Shown: piece after piece, positions 20,394 to 29,664 of the stretch
Layout of the letters: each line of letters starts with the position of its first letter
Numbering within the stretch: position 1 is the first letter of the stretch
NCBI GenBank assembly: GCA_963555985.3
Contig: OY820591.1
Span: forward strand, 160,001-224,000
Length of the DNA: 64,000 nt
DNA from: Dehalococcoidia bacterium
GTDB lineage: Bacteria; Chloroflexota; Dehalococcoidia; Bin125
Direction of reading: 5' to 3'
Translations under genes and position numbers: made by a program
Notes under the pieces: generated by a model
The model's input: only the letters and a program-made list of their open reading frames with translations
Databases searched by the model: none
Told to the model about the DNA's origin: nothing

Positions 20394-20671
20394 AGGCCCT
20401 CCCGTTGCCATCGGCATAACGACCCGTCACGAGTGACTGGATCTAGGCTCTCTCGTCGTCTGATCAGATCGGAGAATTCTGCGAACGCCTCAACCTCTGT
20501 TCCGCTGTGGATCAACACAGTCTTCGCAGGGTGCCGGTCCCAGATATCGCGTTCGTTCGCCAGGAAAAACTCGTTGTTCCGCTGAATTTCTTTGATCACA
20601 ACGTCCAGGTACTCAGGATCAATCTCGAATTCCGCTAAGGCCTCGGCAGGCAGTCTTTGTGCCGTCGTCAT
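20381..20671 (-). CDS. small DUF5678-like partner protein
   Basis: NNEFFLAN...RHPAKTVLIHSGTEV pattern; overlaps protease start. Confidence 0.5.
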   Translation of the reverse strand: MTTAQRLPAEALAEFEIDPEYLDVVIKEIQRNNEFFLANERDIWDRHPAKTVLIHSGTEVEAFAEFSDLIRRRESLDPVTRDGSLCRWQREGLWIL

Positions 20672-20773
20672 CGGATTGCCTCTCCGCAGCGCGTTCCGTG
20701 AGCGCATTCTAGTCATCTTCGAGAGTAAGCCGGCGGATGAACTTGAGAGGCCCACGCAGGACGCTTTTCAGGA

Positions 20774-21673
20774 TCAGTATCCCGCGTGGACGAAGACGCC
20801 CGGTGCGATCCCGGCGAGGTTCGCCGCCAGCGTCAGCAGCAGCACGTAGACGCTGAAGCCGATCCCGACCGAGATCACCGCCCCGCGCTCGTCGAGTTCG
20901 GGCGACGCTGCCCGCACCGCCACGACCGAGAGCAGGAACCAGGCCATCAACCCCAGGAGGCCGACCGCAAACGAGATGCCGGGCACCAGGAGCACGAGCT
21001 GCCAGACCCCGAACCCGGCCGCCAGCGCCAGCGGACGCGCCAGCCGCTGCAATTCCACCCGCACATCGAACAGCCGCTGCATCGTCCACCAGGTCGCGGC
21101 GGCGAAGGCCGCCCAAGCCGCAACCGAGCAGACCAGACCCAGACCGACCACGCGCGCGGCGGCGTAGCCGGCGCTCACCTCTCCGCTGTTGAAGACCAAC
21201 CAGAGCCACGCGCCCAAGGCTCCGGCCAACGCCGCCAGCGCCATCACGGCCAGAGTGGGCGCGCCGTCCGTCTCGTTCTCAGCCGTTTCGCGCAGCGTGC
21301 GCAGATCGCCGGCCAGCAGACGGCGGTGCAGACTGAACGCCCGTCCCCAGTCGAACGATCCCGCGAGTCTGCGCAGACCGGCGCCGACTGCGGAAGTTCG
21401 ACGCTGACTCAGCCGGGGAGTCGGCGGGGGCGGAGCAGGGGCGCGTCGCAGCGTCGGCGTGGCTGCAACCCGGCTCGGTTCGACCGGCAGCGGCGCCTGC
21501 GCCGGGGGCGCGCTGGGCATGGCGGCGGCGTGCGTCTGTCCGGAGCGCGAGTGCGCGAACTCCGGCAACGGCGAGTCGAAGGCCGGCGGCGGGGACGGAT
21601 CAGGCAAGCGAAAGTCGAAGGCCGGGTGCGCGGCAGGATCGGACGAGCTCGGGCTCGGCGTAGTCTGTGCCAT
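20774..21673 (-). CDS. membrane protein (Yip1-like) with Pro-rich N-terminus
   Basis: about five hydrophobic segments in C-terminal half. Confidence 0.6.
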   Translation of the reverse strand: MAQTTPSPSSSDPAAHPAFDFRLPDPSPPPAFDSPLPEFAHSRSGQTHAAAMPSAPPAQAPLPVEPSRVAATPTLRRAPAPPPPTPRLSQRRTSAVGAGLRRLAGSFDWGRAFSLHRRLLAGDLRTLRETAENETDGAPTLAVMALAALAGALGAWLWLVFNSGEVSAGYAAARVVGLGLVCSVAAWAAFAAATWWTMQRLFDVRVELQRLARPLALAAGFGVWQLVLLVPGISFAVGLLGLMAWFLLSVVAVRAASPELDERGAVISVGIGFSVYVLLLTLAANLAGIAPGVFVHAGY

Positions 21674-21751
21674 GTCGATTCACCAAGTGCGGCAAGCGCC
21701 CGCAGCCAATGTCACCGTACGGCGCGGCGAACGCGGGCGGCAACAGCGCGT

Positions 21752-22450
21752 ATGTCAAATCAGAGTGAGCGATCACGGGCGTCACAAACGGCGCTGGCCA
21801 GGCTCGACGCCGAAGTCGCGGTCTGCCGCCGCTGTCCGCGTCTGGTCGCATGGCGCGAGCGCATCGCCGCCGAGAAGCGGGCCGCCTACCGCGATCAGGA
21901 CTACTGGGGCCGCGCAGTGCCCAGCTTCGGTGCAGCCGGCGCTCGCGTGTTGATCGTGGGTCTCGCGCCGGCCGCGCACGGAGCCAACCGCACCGGGCGG
22001 ATGTTCACCGGCGATCGCTCGGGCGACTGGCTCTACCGCGCGCTCTGGCGGGCGGGTCTGGCGAATCAGGCGCAGTCGCGCTCGCGCGACGACGGCCTGG
22101 AGTTGATCGGAGCGCGGGTGACCGCGGTCGTCCACTGCGCGCCGCCTGAGAATCGGCCATCAACTGAGGAACGCGACCACTGCCTGCCCTATCTGCGGCG
22201 GGAACTGGGGGCGCTCACGGAGTTGCGCGTGATCCTCTGCCTCGGCGGCTACGCCTGGGAGAACGTGAGCCGAGAACTCGGTCTGCGTCCCCGCCCCAAG
22301 TTCGGCCACGGAGCCGAGGCGCAAGCGGGAGCGCTGACGCTGCTCGGTTCCTACCATCCCAGTCAGCAGAACACGTTCACCGGCCGCCTGACCGAGGAGA
22401 TGTTGGAGTCGGTCTGCCGGCGCGCCCACGCCCTGGCCTGGGGCGCGTGA
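21752..22450 (+). CDS. uracil-DNA glycosylase family 5 (UdgB-like)
   Basis: CRRCPRL, GLAPAAHGANRTGRMFTGD, HCAPP, YHPSQQN. Confidence 0.92.
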   Translation: MSNQSERSRASQTALARLDAEVAVCRRCPRLVAWRERIAAEKRAAYRDQDYWGRAVPSFGAAGARVLIVGLAPAAHGANRTGRMFTGDRSGDWLYRALWRAGLANQAQSRSRDDGLELIGARVTAVVHCAPPENRPSTEERDHCLPYLRRELGALTELRVILCLGGYAWENVSRELGLRPRPKFGHGAEAQAGALTLLGSYHPSQQNTFTGRLTEEMLESVCRRAHALAWGA

Positions 22451-22461
22451 GCTCCGCTCAA

Positions 22462-22507
22462 CCAACTCCGTCATTGCCGCGACGGAGCGCGGGTATGACG
22501 GAGTTGG
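22462..22507. repeat. REP family B hairpin between convergent udg and lexA
   Basis: ccaactccgtcat...atgacggagttgg. Confidence 0.8.
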
Positions 22508-22567
22508 ACAGAGGGCTCCCTATGCAGAGACAAGCTCCGCGCCGGAGGGAGGCTTGATCTGGCTCGC

Positions 22568-23269
22568 TCAGTGCGGGCGGCGGATGATCGAGACGACGCG
22601 GCCCTGGACCTCGACATTGTCGGCGTGGGTGTAGATCGCGTCCATGGTCGGGTTCTCCGGCTGGAGCCGAATCTCGTCCTGCTCGCGGAAGAGCCGCTTG
22701 AGCGTGCAGAGATTCTCTTCGCGCAGCCAGACTGCGGCCATCTGGCCGTCTTCAACGGTGCTGGTTCGTTCCAGAATGACGGTGTCGTCATTGGCGATCA
22801 GCGCGTCAATCATGGAGTCGCCGCGCACAGTGAGCGCGAAGATGTTCTCCTGCTCGCGTCCGCCCAGCATGTCGAGTGTGACCCCGATGTGCTCCTCGGC
22901 GTGGTCGGCGTCGGCGCTGTCCGGGTCGAACACGCGCGTACCGGCGGCGATCCGGCCAAGTACCGGCACCATCTGCAAAGGCGACTCCGCGCTCACGCGG
23001 GCCGGAACGACCGGCTCGACCAGGGAGATCGTGCGGGCGCGCTCGCGGTCGCGGCGGATGTGCCCCTCGCGCTCGAGGATCTTGAGGTTGTAGTCGGCCA
23101 CGGAGGTCGAGGAGAGGCCGCAGCCCTCCACGATGTCGCGCACCGAGGGCGGGTAGTTGTGCTCCGTGAAGTACTGGCGCAGATAGGCGAGGATACGCTG
23201 CGGCTTGTCGGAGCGCGGCCCGCGCTTGCGGCGAACTGGCGGCGTGGTTTCGGACTCGGAGGTCGGCAT
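22568..23269 (-). CDS. lexA: SOS repressor LexA
   Basis: YPPSVRDI wHTH, GRIAAG cleavage site, VRGDSM, TLKR. Confidence 0.95.
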   Translation of the reverse strand: MPTSESETTPPVRRKRGPRSDKPQRILAYLRQYFTEHNYPPSVRDIVEGCGLSSTSVADYNLKILEREGHIRRDRERARTISLVEPVVPARVSAESPLQMVPVLGRIAAGTRVFDPDSADADHAEEHIGVTLDMLGGREQENIFALTVRGDSMIDALIANDDTVILERTSTVEDGQMAAVWLREENLCTLKRLFREQDEIRLQPENPTMDAIYTHADNVEVQGRVVSIIRRPH

Positions 23270-23346
23270 GGTCTTTGTCCTTCCTTGGACAGCGGGCGGA
23301 TGCGCCCGAATGATTGCGCGAAACCGATATTCAGCGCTTGTGTGCG

Positions 23347-23403
23347 ATGGTGGACGATAGAACGTTATTTGTCAAGACCGCAACGTATTCTAGAACACGT
23401 TGC
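23347..23403 (-). promoter_or_regulatory. lexA promoter (TTGACA-17-CACCAT) with candidate SOS box and 24-bp palindrome
   Basis: tgtcaa 23370-23375; AGAAC-GTTA-TTTGT 23359-23372; gcaacgtattctagaacacgttgc 23380-23403. Confidence 0.6.
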
Positions 23404-23541
23404 ATCGGCAATGCGGTCAACAGGACGGCTCTCCTCTGTTGCCCGCGCAGCGTTTCGCTGCTTGAAGAGCGTCCTGCCCCCTGCACTGAGAGCGCTTGAG
23501 CCGCCAGAATATGCATATCAGTGCATAGTGAGGACACCAGT

Positions 23542-24294
23542 ATGACTCAACCCCCGGACACCGAAAACAAGGTCGGCCTTGTGGTGGCCGCGCACCCCGA
23601 CGATCCCGATTTCGGCGCCGGCGGCACGGCCGCGCTCTGGAGCTCGCTCGGTTGGCAGATGCACTATCTCGTCGTCACCAACGGCGCGAAGGGCACCTCC
23701 GATCCGGAGATGAGCTCGGAACGACTGGTGCCGATGCGCGAAGAGGAGCAGCGCAACGCCGCCGCCGAGCTGGGCGTGCTCACCTGCACCTTCCTCGGCG
23801 CGGAGGACGGCGAACTCGAGTACACGCGCGAATATCTCGGCGGAATCGTGGAAGCGATCCGCCGGATCAAGCCGCATGCGGTCTTCACCCACTCGACCGA
23901 CATCATCCACCGTCGCGCGCTGGAGTCCGACCCCTCCGATCCGCTCTCCGAATACCGCGGCTTCATCAATCACCGTGATCACCGCTGCACCGGCGAAATG
24001 ACGATCGACGCGGTCTACCCCACGGCGCGGGATCGGCTGAACTTCCCCGAACATCTCGAGGCCGGTCTCGAATGTCATAAGGTGGCCGAGCTCTTCATCT
24101 GGGGCAGCCAGGACTCGAACTACGACGTGGATGTGACGGACATGCTCCGCACCAAGATCCGCGCGCTCTCGCGCCACGTCTCGCAATTCGGCGATCGCGG
24201 CGAAGACTTCATCGAGAACGTCGAAAAGCGCTGGGCCAGTCCCGACGGCCGCTTCTACGAGCGCTTCGAGCGGGTTTCGCTGCCGGTCTTCTAG
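23542..24294 (+). CDS. PIG-L/LmbE family deacetylase
   Basis: AHPDD, TNGAKG, REEEQRNAA, HRDH. Confidence 0.9.
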   Translation: MTQPPDTENKVGLVVAAHPDDPDFGAGGTAALWSSLGWQMHYLVVTNGAKGTSDPEMSSERLVPMREEEQRNAAAELGVLTCTFLGAEDGELEYTREYLGGIVEAIRRIKPHAVFTHSTDIIHRRALESDPSDPLSEYRGFINHRDHRCTGEMTIDAVYPTARDRLNFPEHLEAGLECHKVAELFIWGSQDSNYDVDVTDMLRTKIRALSRHVSQFGDRGEDFIENVEKRWASPDGRFYERFERVSLPVF

Positions 24295-24320
24295 CCCCGC
24301 CCAAGCAAGGGAGCGCGCCG

Positions 24321-24830
24321 ATGCCGCCCCCGCCGCTCTACTGTCCCCAATGCCGCGCGACGCTGGCGCTGGACCAAGACGGCCGCCGCGCCTGCCCGCA
24401 GTGCGAGTTCGTCCACTATCTCGATCCCAAAGTCGCGGCGGTCGTCCTGGTCGGCGACGGCGACGGCTCGCTGCTCTACATCAAGCGCAACCACGAGCCG
24501 GCCATGCACCAATGGTGCTGGCCCTCAGGCTTCGTCGACGCCGGCGAGACCGTCGAAGCCGCCGCCGCCCGCGAGGTCCGGGAAGAGACCGGATTGCACG
24601 TGGCGCTGAGCGCGCTGCTGGGCGTCTGGTCGGCGGAAGGCGATCCGGTCGTAGTGATCGCCTATGCAGCCTCACCGAGCGGAGGCGAACTCGCCCCCGG
24701 CCCGGAGGCGACGGACGCGCGCTGGTTCCCGCTCGAGGCATTGCCGCCGCCCGCATTCCCGCACGACGAGGCGATTCTTGAGGCGTGGCGTCAGGATCGA
24801 ACCGATCAGAGCAGCGCTATCCGGCTCTGA
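24321..24830 (+). CDS. NUDIX hydrolase with N-terminal zinc ribbon
   Basis: CPQC..CPQC; GFVDAGETVEAAAAREVREETG Nudix box. Confidence 0.9.
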   Translation: MPPPPLYCPQCRATLALDQDGRRACPQCEFVHYLDPKVAAVVLVGDGDGSLLYIKRNHEPAMHQWCWPSGFVDAGETVEAAAAREVREETGLHVALSALLGVWSAEGDPVVVIAYAASPSGGELAPGPEATDARWFPLEALPPPAFPHDEAILEAWRQDRTDQSSAIRL

Positions 24831-24888
24831 CGTTGCAGTGGGTGCGGGTATGACAGTTGCGCGGGGGAGAGAGATGGCGAGCCGGACG

Positions 24889-25314
24889 CTACTCCTCCGA
24901 CCACAACGGCAACCGCGCCCGGCAATGATCACAGATCAACTGCGCTTCGGTCGTCAGCTCGCCCCCGCGCGGGATCGTCAGGATCACCTGCTTCATGTGC
25001 TCGGCGCAGTAGCGGCAGACGCAACGATCACAGCGCGTCGCTGGGGACTCGGGACAGCCGTCCTCACCGCAGGTTCCGGCGGCGTTTCGCGCTCGCGCCT
25101 CGGCCTTGAAGACGAGGTGCCGCTCAACGTCGACGCGGAGCAACTCACAGCGCTTCTGAACGCAGATCTCCTGGCCGTCGTCGTAGACCTTGCCGTGCCT
25201 GGCGCAGAAACCCCGCGCGCAGTACTGACACTGACCCAAGAGTGTCCGGCGGCAACGCAGCAAGCGCCCGCCGTGTTCACAGCGGGTCGCCTTGCGGTAT
25301 TCGCGCAACTCCAC
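24889..25314 (-). CDS. Cys-rich tandem zinc-finger protein (AN1/B-box-like)
   Basis: two C..C..CxxC-x4-C-x2-H..C..C units. Confidence 0.65.
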   Translation of the reverse strand: MELREYRKATRCEHGGRLLRCRRTLLGQCQYCARGFCARHGKVYDDGQEICVQKRCELLRVDVERHLVFKAEARARNAAGTCGEDGCPESPATRCDRCVCRYCAEHMKQVILTIPRGGELTTEAQLICDHCRARLPLWSEE

Positions 25315-25406
25315 GGAGCACTCTCCCGGCGAACGCGATCTTCGCCACGGGTCAGGCTATCCGCCGAGCAGCGTCGGCGTTGTGGAGCGTGGAGGGAACG
25401 GGAGGA

Positions 25407-25616
25407 TTAGAGGCGGAGCTTGCCGTGCGAAGGCTGGCGGCGGCGCTGGCGGCCCTCTTCGACAGCCTGTTCACGCTCAAGTTCGAAGACGGAGATGATG
25501 TTGCTCTCATAGACGTAGCCGCAGGCGAGGCAGCTGCTGTAGACGCTGTGCGCGTCCGACTCGGTCAACATCACTCCGCTGCAGCGAGGGCACTTGGATG
25601 GAGGCGTGACGGGCAT
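25407..25616 (-). CDS. small zinc-ribbon protein
   Basis: CPRC...CLACG; basic C-terminus. Confidence 0.7.
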   Translation of the reverse strand: MPVTPPSKCPRCSGVMLTESDAHSVYSSCLACGYVYESNIISVFELEREQAVEEGRQRRRQPSHGKLRL

Positions 25617-25694
25617 CTGTGGAACTCTCTTCCGGTCGCCTGCCGCGCGGCGGGGAGCGGCGCGGACTCAGATTGTTCGGCTGCGCGAATCATT

Positions 25695-25856
25695 TGTGAA
25701 ATTCCGCACAGCGATTGTGAAACCGCGCACATTGTGGGCAGCGCAACTCGAGTTGTCAAGGGTTGCAAACGGAATTCGCGCAATTTCCGCCCAACTCGCA
25801 CGTGTTACGCGCATGTAAACGGGCGGTTCGGGACTCCGTTTGTGAAATGCGACACA
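25695..25856. promoter_or_regulatory. three TGTGA-N6-(G/A)CACA operators (CRP/FNR- or Rex-like) and a minus-strand TTGACA-17-CACAAT promoter
   Basis: sites 25695-25710, 25716-25731, 25841-25856; -35 at 25754-25759, -10 at 25731-25736. Confidence 0.6.
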
Positions 25857-25970
25857 CTTCCGCCCGCTGAACCGGCGGAATCGACTCTGCATCCGCCTAG
25901 CGGTTTCACTCTAGGCACTCTCGCAAACGGCTGCCGTACATCCGCGCCTTGCCGATATGCTCAGGTTCTG

Positions 25971-26891
25971 ATGCGACGCACCACCGATCGACTCGCCGTC
26001 TTTGGCCTGGCGCTGCTCTTCCAGACAGCAGCGCAAGCCTTTCTGGGGCCGCCGCCCGAAGGCCGTTCGAGCTGGCTCGCCTGGGCCATCGAACGCGCCG
26101 GGCGGGCGCTGGAACTGCCGCCGCGTCTGCGTCCGCTCGCGCCGCTTGCAGCGGCCGCCCTCGCCGTGCGCGGCGCGGCCCTATTGGAGCAGAACGTGTC
26201 GCGCCGGCGTCCCAGTGGTTGGACGCGATTCTTCGCTCTGACCAGCGAGGCGGCGCTGCTGGCCGCGACCTTTGACGCCTGGCGCTCGCTGGGCGCAGCC
26301 ACCGCCGCCGAGCGCGAACTGGAACAGAACAACGTTGATCCGGTTGCGCTCGAGGGACGAGTCGAGGCCGAGCTGGGCTCGCTCGCGCAGGGAGTGAGCG
26401 AAGGCGTGGTCGGCCCTTGGGCGGCCTACGCCGCGTTTGATCTGCCCGGAGCGGTCGCATATGCGGCGGTAGAGTCGTTGGGTGGACGCGCCGGCGGCGT
26501 CGAAGGTCCCTTGTCAACCCTGATCGATCCGCGCCGCCGTCTGGTCTCGGTGCGCCGCGCCCGCGACGCCATCGCCGGCGCAGCCACCCTCGCCGCTCGC
26601 GGCCGCGGCGAACTCGTCACGCTCGACCTGGAAGAATTCGCGCTCGGCTCCGAGACCCCGCTGCCGGTCACCGCGATGACGGTCGCGCTCGATCGGCGCG
26701 TCGCTTGGAACGGTCGCGTCGCCGGCTGGACCAGACCGGCCCCGTCGAAGCGAGACCTCTCACGCGGGCGGCGCCTGGCGCTGCGCTCGCTGGGCATCCT
26801 CGCCGGCGCAGCGGCGCTCTGCATCGCCGTGGGCGATCTACTCCGCCCGCTGCCGGCGGAATCGCCCAAGCGCGAGTCTGAGTGGAGCTAA
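25971..26891 (+). CDS. divergent CbiB/CobD-like membrane protein
   Basis: SLAQGVSEGVVGPWAAYAAFDLPGAVAYAAVESL resembles the CbiB core; canonical NTLDSM absent. Confidence 0.5.
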   Translation: MRRTTDRLAVFGLALLFQTAAQAFLGPPPEGRSSWLAWAIERAGRALELPPRLRPLAPLAAAALAVRGAALLEQNVSRRRPSGWTRFFALTSEAALLAATFDAWRSLGAATAAERELEQNNVDPVALEGRVEAELGSLAQGVSEGVVGPWAAYAAFDLPGAVAYAAVESLGGRAGGVEGPLSTLIDPRRRLVSVRRARDAIAGAATLAARGRGELVTLDLEEFALGSETPLPVTAMTVALDRRVAWNGRVAGWTRPAPSKRDLSRGRRLALRSLGILAGAAALCIAVGDLLRPLPAESPKRESEWS

Positions 26892-26957
26892 TTGCTAAGC
26901 TCTGCATAACGGTCGGCACGGACCGCACTGAAACAGAACTGAGACAGAAGGGGGCGG

Positions 26958-27404
26958 ATGATGCCGCAGTTTCCGTCAGTCGAATGGTTTGAAGCGCTGC
27001 GCGACACGGTCGAGGACGACCCCCACTGGCGCGACTTCGGAATGATGGATTGCGCCATGGGCGTGAACGTCGGCGAGACCACGATCAAGCTCGTCTTCGA
27101 CGGCTACGAAATCCCCGAAATCGCCGACATCTCTGCCAACCCCGAAGGCGAAGACCTCGATTTCACCCTCGTCATGCCGGCCGAACGCTGGCGCGAGATG
27201 ATCGAAAACATCCAGACCAACGGTCACGCCGACCTCCACCACACCCTCAACACAATCGACCTCGAAACCCCGGAAGAACTGGCCAAAGGCGAGGACTACA
27301 CCCGCCGCGACCTCTTCTACCGCTTCAACCAGACCCTGCAAGACTTCTTCGACGCCTCCTCGGAGATCGAAACCACCTTCCCCGAACCGGCAGCGACGGC
27401 CTAG
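26958..27404 (+). CDS. conserved hypothetical protein (SCP2-like)
   Basis: FPSVEWFEAL N-terminus, DFTL...WREM; host-like codon usage. Confidence 0.6.
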   Translation: MMPQFPSVEWFEALRDTVEDDPHWRDFGMMDCAMGVNVGETTIKLVFDGYEIPEIADISANPEGEDLDFTLVMPAERWREMIENIQTNGHADLHHTLNTIDLETPEELAKGEDYTRRDLFYRFNQTLQDFFDASSEIETTFPEPAATA

Positions 27405-27434
27405 CGAGCGCTGAACAAGCCCCCGGTCTCCGAA

Positions 27435-27552
27435 TCCGTCATTGCCGCGCTCCGTCGCGGCAACCTTGCTGTGCGCGCGACGACGGTGCAGATCACGGCG
27501 AGATATCCCACAGGACGGGGACAGGCTCCGCGGCAAGCGCGGGTATGACGGA
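27435..27552. repeat. REP family B inverted dimer
   Basis: tccgtcattgccgcg...cgcgggtatgacgga. Confidence 0.8.
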
Positions 27553-27645
27553 GCTTTGTTACGTACAGGTCGTTACTGGGGAAAGCCTGTGGAGGGCTAA
27601 CCTACCCGTCTAGCAACCTACTGTTGATGGTGGCACGATAACTCC

Positions 27646-28458
27646 ATGGCCATTGAAGTCACCCTGATCGACCACACCGAAGACCCGATCCGCGCCCTCT
27701 ACATGGCTTATCGGGTCTGCTACTCCGCGCTCACTCCCCAACAGGTGCTCAAACGAATCGAATCCGAGCGCATCTCGCACGAGAAGATGCTCGAATTCGT
27801 CGAAGCCCGTCTGCTCACCGGACACATGTCGCCGCTCGAACAGGTTCACTTCGAGTTCGGCATCTCCGGCGTCTCCCGCGCCTTCTCGCACCAGTTCGTG
27901 CGCCACCGGATCGGGATCAGCTTCGAGCAGCAGAGCCAGCGCTACGTCACCTACAAAGGCGGCAAGTTCCCCTACAGCGTGCCCAAGACGGTCGAACGCG
28001 CAGGCATGGGCGACGAGATGGCCGCCCTCTTCGCCGAGGCGGGAGCGCTCTACGAGCGCATGGTCGAAGCCGGAATCCCCGCCGAAGACGCCCGTTTCCT
28101 CCTGCCCAACGCGACCAACACCAACTTCAAGATCACCGTCAACTTCGCCTCCCTGCTCCACATCGCCGACCTCCGCCTCTGCACCCGCGCCCAATGGGAG
28201 TTCCGCAAAGTCGTCTCGCTGATGCGCGCCGAAGTCGTCAAAGTCGCCCCCGAACTCGGCCGCCACCTCCAACCCAAATGCGGAGAACGCCGGCTCGGTT
28301 ACTGCGACGAAGACTACGAAGCTTGGGCCGACTGTCCGATCGGCCGCAAACGTCCCCACAAGACAGAACTGTTCCAGCTCTACGACGCCTACCGCAAAGG
28401 CGAACTAGACGACCTCGACGCCGAAGACATGGCCATCATCGCCTCGGAAGCAGGCTGA
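27646..28458 (+). CDS. thyX: FAD-dependent thymidylate synthase
   Basis: GHMSPLE, RHRIGISFEQQSQRY, EDARFLLP, RAQWE. Confidence 0.95.
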   Translation: MAIEVTLIDHTEDPIRALYMAYRVCYSALTPQQVLKRIESERISHEKMLEFVEARLLTGHMSPLEQVHFEFGISGVSRAFSHQFVRHRIGISFEQQSQRYVTYKGGKFPYSVPKTVERAGMGDEMAALFAEAGALYERMVEAGIPAEDARFLLPNATNTNFKITVNFASLLHIADLRLCTRAQWEFRKVVSLMRAEVVKVAPELGRHLQPKCGERRLGYCDEDYEAWADCPIGRKRPHKTELFQLYDAYRKGELDDLDAEDMAIIASEAG

Positions 28459-28490
28459 GCGGGCTATGATCGCCCCAGCGGAGCGATCCC

Positions 28491-28898
28491 ATGACTACCA
28501 CCAACACCGTCCTGCCCGGCCAACTGATCCTCGAACAGTGCATCAAGGCGCACGATCTCACCATCCCCGAAGCCGCCGCTCGCGCCAACTTGACCGTTGA
28601 GGAGTTGGAATGGGTGGTCGCTGGGAGGATTCGGCTCACGCCGAGCATCGCTGAGCGCATGGAGAAGCATCTGGGCGGCTGCGCAGAAGAATGGTGGAGC
28701 GCTCAAGAGGCGCTCGATCTCGCCAATGGCGGCTACAGCCCCGCTCGCCTGCTTGTCGGAGAGACCAAGCCATGGTCTTGGCCCGAAGATTGGGAACCCA
28801 GCGCGACGCCGGAACAGATCGAAGCACATGAACGGTTCCTCCGCGATCTCCGCAGATGTCCTGAGTGCACAAACCGGGCTGACCAGGCTGAGACGTGA
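28491..28898 (+). CDS. HigA-like HTH antitoxin with extra C-terminal tail
   Basis: PGQLILEQ...LTPSIAERM...EEWWSAQEALDL HigA pattern. Confidence 0.7.
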   Translation: MTTTNTVLPGQLILEQCIKAHDLTIPEAAARANLTVEELEWVVAGRIRLTPSIAERMEKHLGGCAEEWWSAQEALDLANGGYSPARLLVGETKPWSWPEDWEPSATPEQIEAHERFLRDLRRCPECTNRADQAET

Positions 28899-29302
28899 AC
28901 GGGCGCTTCGCTGATCTGATTGTCGACACCAACATTGTGTCCTACATCCTCAGAAACGCTCCTCTCGCAGTTCGCTATCGCCCGCTGATTGACGACAAGC
29001 GCATCGCCGTCTCGTTTCAAACCGTCGGCGAGCTCCGCCTCGGTCAGTTACTTGGTCACTACGACCGGCCCGCCCTCGAGGCGTGGGAGCGGCTGCGCTC
29101 CCAGTGGCGCATCATCGATTCCAATCATGAAATCGTGGAGATCTACGCCGCCCTCCGCGCCGACGCCAACCGCGCAGGACGCGAGCTCTCCTCTCAGGAC
29201 GCCTGGATCGCCGCCACCGCGCTCTGGCTGCGCGTCCCCCTGGTCAGCCACGACCGCGACTTTCGCAACGTCCCCGAACTCAACGTCATCACCTGCGCCT
29301 AA
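28895..29302 (+). CDS. PIN-domain VapC toxin
   Basis: VDTNIVS, TVGEL, QDAWIAATA, SHDRDF. Confidence 0.9.
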   Translation: MNGRFADLIVDTNIVSYILRNAPLAVRYRPLIDDKRIAVSFQTVGELRLGQLLGHYDRPALEAWERLRSQWRIIDSNHEIVEIYAALRADANRAGRELSSQDAWIAATALWLRVPLVSHDRDFRNVPELNVITCA

Positions 29303-29661
29303 TCCACCAGCTCCAACAACTGCACGTAATTCCCGTCCGGATCCAGCAGCGTCGCCACCAGACCGCCCCACGCCTCCCGCTCCGGCGGACGATGCACTCG
29401 AACCGACGGATCAGCCTTCATCACCCGCGCGAACTCCGCCCCCACGTCGTCCACGAACAGATTGATCTGCATCCGCGCCGGCTCCATGGTCGGCCCTGCA
29501 ATCTCCGAGTGATCCAACAGCCGAATGAATCCGCCTGCCGCGACAAACACCGGATCCCGAAACCGCGCCACTCGCTCCAGACCCAGCGTCGGCCCGTAGA
29601 AGCGGCTCATCGCCTCAATCTGGCCGGTCCCGACCATCAGCGTCAGTTCACGCACCTGCAT
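29299..29661 (-). CDS. VOC/glyoxalase family protein
   Basis: RFYGPTLGL, WGG..LDPDGNYVQL. Confidence 0.85.
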   Translation of the reverse strand: MQVRELTLMVGTGQIEAMSRFYGPTLGLERVARFRDPVFVAAGGFIRLLDHSEIAGPTMEPARMQINLFVDDVGAEFARVMKADPSVRVHRPPEREAWGGLVATLLDPDGNYVQLLELVD

Positions 29662-29664
29662 CGC

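Noticed and set aside
25620-25970. Cobalamin riboswitch upstream of the CbiB-like gene
   Set aside because: No B12-box or GGGAA..GCCCCCGC core found; the region looks like promoter/operator DNA
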